A stretch of 64,000 nt of DNA from Planctomycetota bacterium. GTDB taxonomy: Bacteria > Planctomycetota > PUPC01 > JACPCR01. This document shows, one piece after another, positions 39,701 to 47,782 of this stretch. Position 1 is the stretch's first letter, and each line of letters opens with the position of its first letter. A program made the position numbers and the translations under genes. The stretch covers positions 2,193 to 66,192 of the forward strand of contig JAQBXN010000033.1 in assembly GCA_027625095.1 (NCBI GenBank), in the 5' to 3' direction. Under the pieces are notes generated by a model. That model worked only from the letters and a program-made list of their open reading frames with translations. It did no database searches and was not told the DNA's origin.

Positions 39701-40383
39701 CCGATCATGATGTTGTCCGGCTTCAGGTCGCGATGGATCACTCCCCTTGAGTGGGCGAATGAAACCCCGTCGCAGATTTTCAGAAAAACGCCAAGGAGAA
39801 CCTGGAGATCCGCTGCATCTGGTTTGCCGGATTTAACGTCATCTATCAGCTCCGCCAGCGATTTACCTTTCACAAGCTTCATGGAGAAATAGAGCCGTCC
39901 TTCAGCGTCCTTGCCCAGCTCATGAACAGGAACAATGTTCGGATGTTCGAGCTGTCCGGTTACCTGTGCCTCTTCCAGAAAACGCAGCCGGTGCGGTCGT
40001 GAGTCTGCGATCTCCGGCAGCATCAGCTTTACGGCCATGGGACGGCGCAGCGCCAGATGTGTGGTGATCAGGACTGTGCCCATGCCCCCGTGTGCGATTT
40101 CGCCCTGTCGAACGAATGCTTCACGCCTGCCTCGTTTTCGATCCAGAAATGCATTGAGGCTGTGCAGTTTCTCATCGCCATCCGGCGTGGTTTCTTCGGC
40201 CCAGGCCACGGTCACCACGGTTTCCACATTCGATACTACCTCATAGACGCTCTCCACTTCTGATGTGCTGGGTACATAAGATTCTCCTCCGCACTCAGGG
40301 CACAGAATGGCCGAGCCGGATTGGCTTTCATCAGCATTCAAAGGGTTTCGGCAATCAGACTGTGTGCAGAGGAATTCGATCAT
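36736..40383 (-). CDS. Receptor-like Ser/Thr kinase: Zn-ribbon - kinase - TM - TPR - internalin-type LRRs
   Basis: CTQSDC...CPEC; IAHGGMG, MAVK, HRDLKPDN, MDWGLG, GTPAYMSPE; TM SLTIGASILTLLMLTGLF; TPR-like YALGMIAFERGQFDVA; more than 20 LRRs (DLxPLxGMPLxxLxL). Confidence 0.92.
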   Translation of the reverse strand: MIEFLCTQSDCRNPLNADESQSGSAILCPECGGESYVPSTSEVESVYEVVSNVETVVTVAWAEETTPDGDEKLHSLNAFLDRKRGRREAFVRQGEIAHGGMGTVLITTHLALRRPMAVKLMLPEIADSRPHRLRFLEEAQVTGQLEHPNIVPVHELGKDAEGRLYFSMKLVKGKSLAELIDDVKSGKPDAADLQVLLGVFLKICDGVSFAHSRGVIHRDLKPDNIMIGDFGEVLVMDWGLGKVVGEDESKGKKLKAKKNKAKSETVGSIRADSKVSQTRVGAVTGTPAYMSPEQAEGEIQNLSHRSDIYSLGAILYEILSLRRAVEGKTVHEILLNVTEGDIVPPEKRAPELRVPPELSAIAMKCLEKNRWRRYPSAKALAGDIRLFLAGRGVTARTDSFGRSILKLIQRNLKVSLTIGASILTLLMLTGLFTLRLSRQRRISEQNAIVARSALGAAKSADASRGITERATARELAIQAVQAARDGFLQEALIRTEAVQKLSPDGPWAPYALGMIAFERGQFDVARGWFHKANSVGKGMKMAFKALLEVDEKQQDIQRNIQRLNQSKDTERDWESMEKLGDHLYERKKYQEALTAWQRSVALMEGVKQVRISRIDYVKGKMRRANAWIHCEGFYESIKDLEAREQIEAISGKLIEIHTNVSQVRVQYEIKRGVLTSLRLSGVGYLQPLLNVRLDLLELNQSDLLEDLSPLRGIPLRELVIRNASNLTDLGPLSGMPLRALHVENTSIWDLKPLKGMPLKKLSLWGSKKVEDLKPIASLPLESLNVGQTKVFDLLPITDMKLKHLFLDNQERLWDWQKLKHMPFVELDLMKTGIDDLTWLEGKKIQKLVPPPLDKLNSESFKVLFDLYRQGCELKSSNVKDDFNISDLKGTKLNNLALLHDLNFETLDLEESSVSDLTPLKKIRLPLIRLNLKKTSVTSLDGLQGYPIQDLDISGLDISDLTPLNGMPLQSLKMSGTKVKDLSPLKGAPLSYLEAQQTPIQRLEPLKGMPLIHLNIAETEVTDLRPLEGIHIASLNLSALDIQHFGDLASLELTNLNLSGSTIAKLEVLSDLKLDSLNLNAAILVKDLSPLRDIPLRALSLAFTGINDLKHLQGMELTDLDISNSKIADLTPLEGMPLRSLILNLCPVTSLAPLRGMPLETISLENTEVADLTPLIGTDSLKKLVVPDLKNLTESSVEFLKRLERQGTKVEYPRNR

Positions 40384-40984
40384 TCTGGTGGTTGCTCCTC
40401 CTTCCTATACTTCTCTTTATCCGTTTCCGCTTCCACCGCTTTCTTCAGCCCTTCATCAACGTTCTTGGAGGCAGTGTGAACTACCTTTATCGCCTCGTTT
40501 CTGAGTCGAAGAGCGATGACCGCCGACTCCCGATTCATCGACCCCAGTGCAGGCAGAGCCACATACTTCAGGGGCAGATGTTCGATGGGAGAGATGTCTT
40601 TAACTTGTGTGTCGCTGAGAGCCAGGAATGCCAGTCCCTTCATACCGGAAAGGGGTGAGAGGTCAGAGACACTGGTTGCAGAGATATTCAGCAATCGCAG
40701 CCTGGTCATCCCGCGCAGCGCTTCGATGCTGTCGATATCGGTCTTGACCGCATTCAGGTAATTGAATGGCATGCCCTTCAGGGGATCGAGGCTTTTGACC
40801 GGTGAGTAAGAACAGTCCAGGCTCTTGAGCATCATGCCTTTGAGGGGGGCAAGGTCTCGGACCGCGGTTCGGCTGATGTTCAGGTCGATCAACGCCATGT
40901 TTTCAAGAGGGGTGAGGTCTTTGACCGGCGTGTTTCGCAGAACCAGAGATTGAATCTTCAGACCCCTGATGAGGGAGAGGTCTT
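40380..40984 (-). pseudogene. C-terminal LRR portion of the upstream pseudokinase, separated by a frameshift (ORF 40380..40898)
   Basis: Reading upstream of ATG 40898 in the same frame gives IEDLSLIRGLKIQSLVLRNTPVKDLTPLEN, which continues the LRR register from the upstream ORF's last residues (SLVLSDT). Confidence 0.75.
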
Positions 40985-43900
40985 CTATGTATCGCTCAGA
41001 ACGAGGCTTCGCAGTGGCAATCGAGCGAATACTCGCATGTCAGCCACATTGGCTTTGGCCAGGCTCAGGGATCTGATTGGAGATTCTTCGAGGGGAGTCA
41101 GATCTTTGAAGCGAGTCTGATTGAGAATGAGGACTTCGACAGGTTGACCACGCAAGGCAGAGAGGTCCGTTGCCGGTACAGACGAGAGGTTCAGATGCTC
41201 AAGTTTCATTCCACGCAGGGGAGAGAGGTCCTGGACTTTTGTGTCAGCCAGACTCAGAAACTCAATGTCTTTCCCAGCCAGTGGGCTGATATCGGTGACG
41301 GGAGTTTTGTCCAGGTGCAGTTCTTTTAATTGTGCGGTCTTCAGTGGGCTGAGATCTCTTATCTTTGTGTTGCTGAGCATAAGCTTCCTGATTTTCAGTC
41401 CCGCAAGGGGACCAAGATCCTTGATTCGGGTATCCGAGAGATCGAGTTCCTCAATGGGCGCGTCCCACTCCCTGAGAGGGCTCAAGTCCGTCACCCTCGT
41501 GGATCGGAGATGCAGTTCACTCTGTTTCAGACCTTTGAGGAGCTTGAGATCACTGAACTGGGTTCGTTCCAATTCAGGCGTCGTATTCAAGGCGCGGCCA
41601 TCACGATACATGGCTACAAAAAAATTCATGGAGGCATTGTTTAGCTGGTTAAGACTGGGTGGTCTTAGTAGAAGACCGGGCATTTCCATCAGAGGAGAAA
41701 GCTCTTCTACATGCGTCGAATCCAGGTCAAGGGATTCAAGTTTCATTCCGTTGAGTGGGCTGATGTCTTTGACCTGAGAATTGGAAATCACAAATTTTTT
41801 CAGGGAAAGCCCTTTGAGCGGCAGGATGTTTCTGAGGTTCATCGAATTCGAGAGAATCAGAGTCTCAAGGGGCATTCCCGAAAGAGGGGCGAGGACTCGC
41901 AGGTCATCATTGGATGAAGCGTCAAGCTCGAGAAGGGGCATACCTTCCAATGGCGAAAGGTCTACGATCCCGCACCCTGAAATTCTGAGAATTTCGATTG
42001 GCAAGCCTGCCAGGGATGACAGGTTGTTAGCCCTCGTTCTCGATAAATGAAGCTCTTTGAGCGGCATTCCCTGAAGGGGCCCCAAGTCTCCAATGCCAGT
42101 CAGCCCCAGGTTGAGGTAAGTGAGTGGCATTCCTTTCAGCGGGCTCAGATCGCGAACCTCCGGATTGCTCGTCAGGGAGAGGTGCTCAAGCGGCATACCC
42201 TTGAGTGGGGTAAGGTCGGAAAGGAATCGCGCTGCACTGATCTCCAACTTTTCCAACGGTAGGCCAATCAACGGCTGTAGAAATCGCAGGGGACTGTGGG
42301 CACTGAAAATAATGCCGATCAGTTTGTCGTTCTCGATCACTGGATTTGCTGAAACGTGTTTGCCTTCAGTTCCGTTCAGCTCATTCAGCTTTTCGATCAC
42401 CTTGTTGAATTGCTCTTTGGCGGACAATTCACGAATCGATTCGTAGAACCCTTTCGTGCTAACCCAGGCCCGCGCCATCAGGATTTGTTCTTCCAGCGCT
42501 TCGATCTGCTGAACCTGAACGTGCCTGGACTGAGCCGCGAATTTCTTTGATCGCTGCCATGCCTCAAGAGCACGGGTATACTCGCCGATGGCATAAAATG
42601 CCTCGCCCGCAGCCTGCAGGCTGTCCGGATCATTTTCCGACGACAGTCCAGTGAGCAAAGCCCGGACCTTCTCATTCTCTCCTTTCTTTGCATACACGCG
42701 AGCAAGATAGGTACGAGAAAGCCCATGCTCAGGATCCAGTTCACAGGCTGTTTTGAGATACTCGAACGCCTCTTGTTCATTGCCCTGCTCACTGGCGTTG
42801 ATCGCCGCAGCAAAGATGCCCCATGCGGTGTCGGAAATCCTCCGTGACATCTCGATACGCATCGCTGCCTCCTGAAATAATCCACTGCGCGACGATCGGA
42901 TGGCTTCCTTCGCCAACTCACGAGCCGCCTCGTGCTCGACAGTTCGCCGGCCGGACTGGGCTCGCTTTGCCTTTATCAGGCCGAGCTCTGCATCCTGCTC
43001 CCGACGGACGGATCGGTCGGTCTCTTTCTTCAAGTCCCATAGGAAAGAGATCGTCAAACCGAAAAGAACCAGAAAACTGGCAACACTGGCAATGCTCACC
43101 GCCCTGTTGCGGCGGACAAGTTTTGCAACACTCTCCCCAAGTGTGTCGTGCTTCGCTGAAACTTCGCGGCCTTCGAGAAAGAGCCGAACGTCCCCGGCCA
43201 GTTCCGGCACACTTGAATAGCGCTCGTCCCGATTTATCGCCATGGCCTTCATGACAATGGCGTTGAGTTCCTGTGGGATGCGTAAGGAGGGCTTGCGTTG
43301 TTCAGGTGGGACAAAATCCGCATCAATTACTTTCAACAGTATTTCGTTCGTCGACTTTCCGGTGAATGCGGGGACACCAGTGAGCATTTCGTAAAGCACA
43401 GCGCCCAGCGAATACACATCCGTCCGAGGATCCAGTGGGAGCCCCTCCGCCTGTTCCGGCGACATGTAGGCTGGTGTACCGAGGACGGTGCCGTCAAAAG
43501 TTTCGGAATGGATGGAGGTCAGGGTTTGCTCGTCCGGTATTTCATTTTCATCGGTCATGACCTTGAGCGCGCCCCAGTTCATGACCACTACTTCACCGTA
43601 ATCGCCCACCATGATACTTGCCGGCTTCAAGTCCCGATGGAGCACCGATTTGGAATGAGCGAAAGAAATACCGTCACAGACCTTCAGAAAAACGTCCAGG
43701 AGATGGTCGATGTTTAATGGCTGATGTTTGATGACTCGCCGCCGCCGGACCCCGTCAACCTTTCCCCCTGAACCTTCGATTATTTCCCGAAGAATCAGTG
43801 CGAGAGAACGCCCCTTGATCAGGGTCATTGAATAATAGAGATTTCCGACCGCGTCTTTTGCCACATCGTGGATTGGAACGATATTCGGATGCTCGAGATG

Positions 43901-44149
43901 GCCAAGTACCTGGGCCTCTTGAAAAAAACGATTTCTCTTGAAATCTTTTTCTGCATCATCGGCACTCAGCACTTTGACAGCGATTGTGCGACGAATCGCG
44001 GCATCTCGGGCCGCAAAGATACTTCGCTCTTCATTTATGCTTGCCCCGCGTTCAATCGACTCGATCTCGCCGCGCTGCTCAACCAGCAGTTCAGTCAGAG
44101 CTGCAGCGTCCTGAGCGTCATCAACCAACTTTGATTTAAACTTCGCCAT
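40985..44149 (-). CDS. Receptor-like pseudokinase: degenerate kinase - TM - TPR - LRRs (frameshifted near 3' end)
   Basis: No Gly-rich loop (ERGASINEERSIF); AVK kept; HRDLKPAS (N->S); NWG for DFG/DWG; GTPAYMSPE; TM AVSIASVASFLVLFGLTISFLW; TPRs; LRRs. Confidence 0.88.
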   Translation of the reverse strand: MAKFKSKLVDDAQDAAALTELLVEQRGEIESIERGASINEERSIFAARDAAIRRTIAVKVLSADDAEKDFKRNRFFQEAQVLGHLEHPNIVPIHDVAKDAVGNLYYSMTLIKGRSLALILREIIEGSGGKVDGVRRRRVIKHQPLNIDHLLDVFLKVCDGISFAHSKSVLHRDLKPASIMVGDYGEVVVMNWGALKVMTDENEIPDEQTLTSIHSETFDGTVLGTPAYMSPEQAEGLPLDPRTDVYSLGAVLYEMLTGVPAFTGKSTNEILLKVIDADFVPPEQRKPSLRIPQELNAIVMKAMAINRDERYSSVPELAGDVRLFLEGREVSAKHDTLGESVAKLVRRNRAVSIASVASFLVLFGLTISFLWDLKKETDRSVRREQDAELGLIKAKRAQSGRRTVEHEAARELAKEAIRSSRSGLFQEAAMRIEMSRRISDTAWGIFAAAINASEQGNEQEAFEYLKTACELDPEHGLSRTYLARVYAKKGENEKVRALLTGLSSENDPDSLQAAGEAFYAIGEYTRALEAWQRSKKFAAQSRHVQVQQIEALEEQILMARAWVSTKGFYESIRELSAKEQFNKVIEKLNELNGTEGKHVSANPVIENDKLIGIIFSAHSPLRFLQPLIGLPLEKLEISAARFLSDLTPLKGMPLEHLSLTSNPEVRDLSPLKGMPLTYLNLGLTGIGDLGPLQGMPLKELHLSRTRANNLSSLAGLPIEILRISGCGIVDLSPLEGMPLLELDASSNDDLRVLAPLSGMPLETLILSNSMNLRNILPLKGLSLKKFVISNSQVKDISPLNGMKLESLDLDSTHVEELSPLMEMPGLLLRPPSLNQLNNASMNFFVAMYRDGRALNTTPELERTQFSDLKLLKGLKQSELHLRSTRVTDLSPLREWDAPIEELDLSDTRIKDLGPLAGLKIRKLMLSNTKIRDLSPLKTAQLKELHLDKTPVTDISPLAGKDIEFLSLADTKVQDLSPLRGMKLEHLNLSSVPATDLSALRGQPVEVLILNQTRFKDLTPLEESPIRSLSLAKANVADMRVFARLPLRSLVLSDT

Positions 44150-44343
44150 TTGTCTCGGCTCTACAGGAACACAGGTCTCCCAACTGCTGAAGGCAGGCCG
44201 ACCGTCAGACCGGAGGAAAATTCATGATTGCTGCTCCGGCTCAATAGCTGTTCCAGGAAACGCATCTGAAACAGACGTTCTCGCTACTTGTCTCGATCTT
44301 TAAAAGAAACTCTTGAATTTGTAATCGGCAGGGCTGGTTCCAA

Positions 44344-45600
44344 CTACTCCAAAGCAGCCTGATTCAGCTTGTGCTTTATCTTTTCAAATATCTCCGGCCG
44401 AGTTCTTCTGATGCCGGGCAGGCTCTGCCATTCTATCGCCTTGGGCATGCGGGGCACATAGTCGTCCCAGGAAGCTATATCGATGAGTTCGCCAGCCCTG
44501 ACAACTCCTGCGCAGGCGAGTCTCTTCTCACACTTTACCGTTTCTCCCTTTGTATCCATCAATTCAAAATTGCCTTCCTGTTCATCAAGAATCGTGATGT
44601 CTGCTTCGCTGCCGATGGCCAGGGAGCCGAGCGATTCTTCACGGCGAATGGCTCTTGCAGGGCTGATGGTTGTTTTCTCGATGATCGTCTCGATGGGCAT
44701 GCCCAGTGCCAGGAACTTGGACATGGTGGTCAGAAGATCGAAGACCGGCCCGCCATGATTGAGCGTGTGAAGATCGCTGCTGATGATATCCGGCAGGAAG
44801 TGCTGTTCGAAGGCCGCACGCGCCGTCTCAAACCCGAAGCTCCCGCCGCCGTGTCCCACGTCGAACAGGATCCCCCTGTCGCGGGCCTGGTGAACAACCT
44901 CCAGAACCTTCCCATCTCCGCCAAGAATCGTGTCGCTGCGGCAGTGATAGCAGTGAGTGGCAATATCCCCGGCCCGCATGAGACTCAGAACATCTCCAAT
45001 CGGGACTCCGCCGCCCAGGTGCGTCATCACGTGAGTGTTAGAAAGTTCAGCGGCCTTGATGGCGTATTTCAACGGCTCGACGCCATTCTTTTCCACCTGC
45101 GCTCCGCCTTGTCTCACTTTGATACCAATCGCTACATCCAAATTCTCGAGCACGCATTCGGCAGTCTCTTCCGGGCAGGCGTATCGGATGTCAGCCATCT
45201 CGCCGATTGGGCCATAGACCAGACCAAGACCGGAGATGTGGATATAGCAGAGCACGCGGCCTTGTGACTTGTTGATGCTCAATTCTCGAAATCCGGGAAA
45301 CGTCACCCAACTCGCACTCCCTGCATCCACTGCTGTAGTAACTCCCTTGGCCAGGCAGGTGGGGTCCGCATCGATCCCCCAGGTGGTGACCTTGGAATAA
45401 AGGTGGGTATGGATATCGATCAGGCCGGGACAGACTATCTTGCCTGAGGCGTCCAGCGACTGAGTTGCTTCGCCCTCGAGGTCTGCCTGAATGCCGGCAA
45501 CCTTCCCGTCCTGAATGCCGATGTCTGCTTTTTGATCCAGGTTATGGGCAGGATCGATAACTCTTCCGTTGCGTATGATGAGATCGTATTTTTCGGACAT
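44344..45600 (-). CDS. Amidohydrolase/deacetylase-family metallohydrolase (dihydroorotase-like)
   Basis: IRNGRVIDP, PGLIDIHTH, GVTTAVDAGS, GIKVR, THCYH, FDVGHGGGSF, ISSDLH, ADITIL. Confidence 0.88.
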   Translation of the reverse strand: MSEKYDLIIRNGRVIDPAHNLDQKADIGIQDGKVAGIQADLEGEATQSLDASGKIVCPGLIDIHTHLYSKVTTWGIDADPTCLAKGVTTAVDAGSASWVTFPGFRELSINKSQGRVLCYIHISGLGLVYGPIGEMADIRYACPEETAECVLENLDVAIGIKVRQGGAQVEKNGVEPLKYAIKAAELSNTHVMTHLGGGVPIGDVLSLMRAGDIATHCYHCRSDTILGGDGKVLEVVHQARDRGILFDVGHGGGSFGFETARAAFEQHFLPDIISSDLHTLNHGGPVFDLLTTMSKFLALGMPIETIIEKTTISPARAIRREESLGSLAIGSEADITILDEQEGNFELMDTKGETVKCEKRLACAGVVRAGELIDIASWDDYVPRMPKAIEWQSLPGIRRTRPEIFEKIKHKLNQAALE

Positions 45601-45733
45601 GAAATCTGGTCTTCCAATTGAGAAGTAATCAGGACCGCCGGGACGAATATTTGAGGCTCAGAGTTTAGTGAGTTGTGGTACCTCCAGAAAACCGTTACGT
45701 CAATAAACCTACGGAAACACTCAAGAGAGCACC

Positions 45734-46681
45734 ATGAAAAAAATAATTGTTACAGAAGACATCGCGGGAGAACGCCTCGACAGGCTCAAGACTGAGTTCG
45801 ACGTGCTTCATGATTTCGATATAGGGCGAGACCGGCCCCGTTTGCTTGCGACTGTTCCTGAATTCGAGGGAATGATCGTTCGCAATCACACTCAGGTGAA
45901 TGAGGAACTGCTCGTAGCCGCGACCAATCTCAAGGTGGTCGGACGACACGGCATCGGCCTCGATAATGTAGATGTTGCTGCTGCAAGTCGGGCGGGGGTC
46001 ATCGTTACCTACGCTCCGGATCAGAACACCGTATCTGTCGCCGAACTGACTATGTGCCTGCTCATTGCTCTGGCCCGTGACCTGGTGAATATGGATATCA
46101 GCACAAAAGCCGGTGGGTGGGAGCGCAATCGTTTTTGCAATATGGAGATTTACCAGAAGACCCTTGGCATTATCGGGCTTGGCAAGATCGGTTTTCGGGT
46201 TGCTATGCGTGCAAGAGCGTTTGGGCTGCGAATTCTGGCGTACGACAAATATCTCAGTACCGACAGCTTCAACTACACCGAATCCGGCGCCCTCGCGTGC
46301 ACGCTCGATGAAGTGTTGGAGCAATCCGACTTTGTGACAATTCATACGCCCCTGAACGATGAGACTCGTAACTTCTGTGATGAAGGGTTCTTCGCTCGAA
46401 TGAAACCGTCGGCTTATTTTCTGAATCAGGCTCGAGGCGGACTTGTCGTTGAGGATGCGATTGTGAAAGCACTTAAGGGGCGCCGCATCGCGGGTGCCGC
46501 GCTGGACGTTCGGCAAAATGAACCGCCTGGGGTGGACGAACTGGCAGGTATGGAAAACGTTATCCTTACCCCGCACATGGCCGGACTTACGAATGAGTGC
46601 CGGGAAAGGGTCTGCGGTGTAGTATGTGAAGATGTGGCCCGGGTGCTGAGCGGACTGGACCCGATCTATCCTGCGGATTAA
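45734..46681 (+). CDS. D-isomer-specific 2-hydroxyacid dehydrogenase (SerA-like catalytic core)
   Basis: GRHGIGLDNVD, SVAEL, LGIIGLGKIG, HTPL, NQARGGLV, AALDV, EP, LTPHMAG. Confidence 0.9.
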   Translation: MKKIIVTEDIAGERLDRLKTEFDVLHDFDIGRDRPRLLATVPEFEGMIVRNHTQVNEELLVAATNLKVVGRHGIGLDNVDVAAASRAGVIVTYAPDQNTVSVAELTMCLLIALARDLVNMDISTKAGGWERNRFCNMEIYQKTLGIIGLGKIGFRVAMRARAFGLRILAYDKYLSTDSFNYTESGALACTLDEVLEQSDFVTIHTPLNDETRNFCDEGFFARMKPSAYFLNQARGGLVVEDAIVKALKGRRIAGAALDVRQNEPPGVDELAGMENVILTPHMAGLTNECRERVCGVVCEDVARVLSGLDPIYPAD

Positions 46682-46685
46682 ATGC

Positions 46686-47717
46686 CTAGCCGTTCGCGAA
46701 GATCTTCCGTGTTCGGTTCGAGTTCGGAAGGCTGACAGTATTCCCCGTAAGAACACTCTCGATCCCGGCGAATCCGACCTCGTTAACGGACATAAAGTCC
46801 TGATTGGTGCAATGGGGGAGTGGGCCCCCATCCAGAAAGTTCGCCATCTGCTCGTAGGCTACTTTGAAGACGCTCTCCTCCGCAGGAATCTGAAGTTTCT
46901 CTAACTTCAAAGCTTCTCCCTTCGCATTGGCCGCATGAACATCGGTATAAATGCCCGTTCGAATGAATCCATTCGTGCCAAAGACTTCGCAGTAAAAGGA
47001 ACCAAACGGACCTTGAGAGCCAACTTGCAACCCTGTGACGCCGTTTTCAAACTGAATAACCATGTTGTCGAGGCTTGGTTCAGGCTCGAAGCCTTCAGGC
47101 ACATTCGGGCTCTCAGGGAAGGTTCCATGAGCAGTCACTGAAGTGGGGCAATAGCCCGCGAACTGACAGATCAGATCTGTGGTGTGACTGGCGAACGAAA
47201 GAAACGTCCCGCCACACCACGCGACGACAGTTTTCACTTCGCCGATGAGACCGTCTGCAACGAGTTCCTGCATTCGAAGGACCTTGTGACTCCAGTGACG
47301 GGAGTAGTCCACCATGATCGGAATGTTCCGGGCAATGGCAGCATCCATCATGCCGTCCATTTCCTTCAGAGAACAACTCGGCGGTTTCTCAAGAAAAATC
47401 GCTTTGGGCGAATGCTGAATGACTTCCGATGTCACCGAAAAGTGATGAGGTCCACGAACGCACACCGCGACAATATCCAACTCATGGTTCTCGAAAAGTT
47501 CACCTATTGACCCATAACAGGCCAGGCCTGGAAATGTTTCCCCCCACGTGCCCAAAAATTTCTGACGAGCTTCTGCGGAAAGATCGCAAACAGCCTCCAA
47601 CTTGAGCTGTTCGCTCAAACAAATACCGCCCACATGGCAATACGGTCGCGGGTCCCCCGGTTTTGCGTACATGGCTGCAATGTTGCCAAGGCCAATGACT
47701 CCTACTCTGTATTTCAT
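46686..47717 (-). CDS. Gfo/Idh/MocA oxidoreductase
   Basis: VGVIGLGNIA, IFLEKPP, GLIGEV, ASHTTD. Confidence 0.85.
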   Translation of the reverse strand: MKYRVGVIGLGNIAAMYAKPGDPRPYCHVGGICLSEQLKLEAVCDLSAEARQKFLGTWGETFPGLACYGSIGELFENHELDIVAVCVRGPHHFSVTSEVIQHSPKAIFLEKPPSCSLKEMDGMMDAAIARNIPIMVDYSRHWSHKVLRMQELVADGLIGEVKTVVAWCGGTFLSFASHTTDLICQFAGYCPTSVTAHGTFPESPNVPEGFEPEPSLDNMVIQFENGVTGLQVGSQGPFGSFYCEVFGTNGFIRTGIYTDVHAANAKGEALKLEKLQIPAEESVFKVAYEQMANFLDGGPLPHCTNQDFMSVNEVGFAGIESVLTGNTVSLPNSNRTRKIFANG

Positions 47718-47782
47718 AATGTTTGCACCAAATCTCATTGAGAAATATGACGGCAGGAGTTTGGGAAGCGTTCCAGCTTACC

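Noticed and set aside
40985-40987. In-frame TAG readthrough (pyrrolysine/suppression)
   Set aside because: The same frame after TAG gives KTSPSSGV* (non-LRR). The LRR continues only in a shifted frame.
45695-46831. 378-aa antisense ORF (also 44371-45267, 27447-28208, 49733-50509 and others)
   Set aside because: These are shadows of well-supported genes on the opposite strand, have no motifs, and are expected from codon bias.
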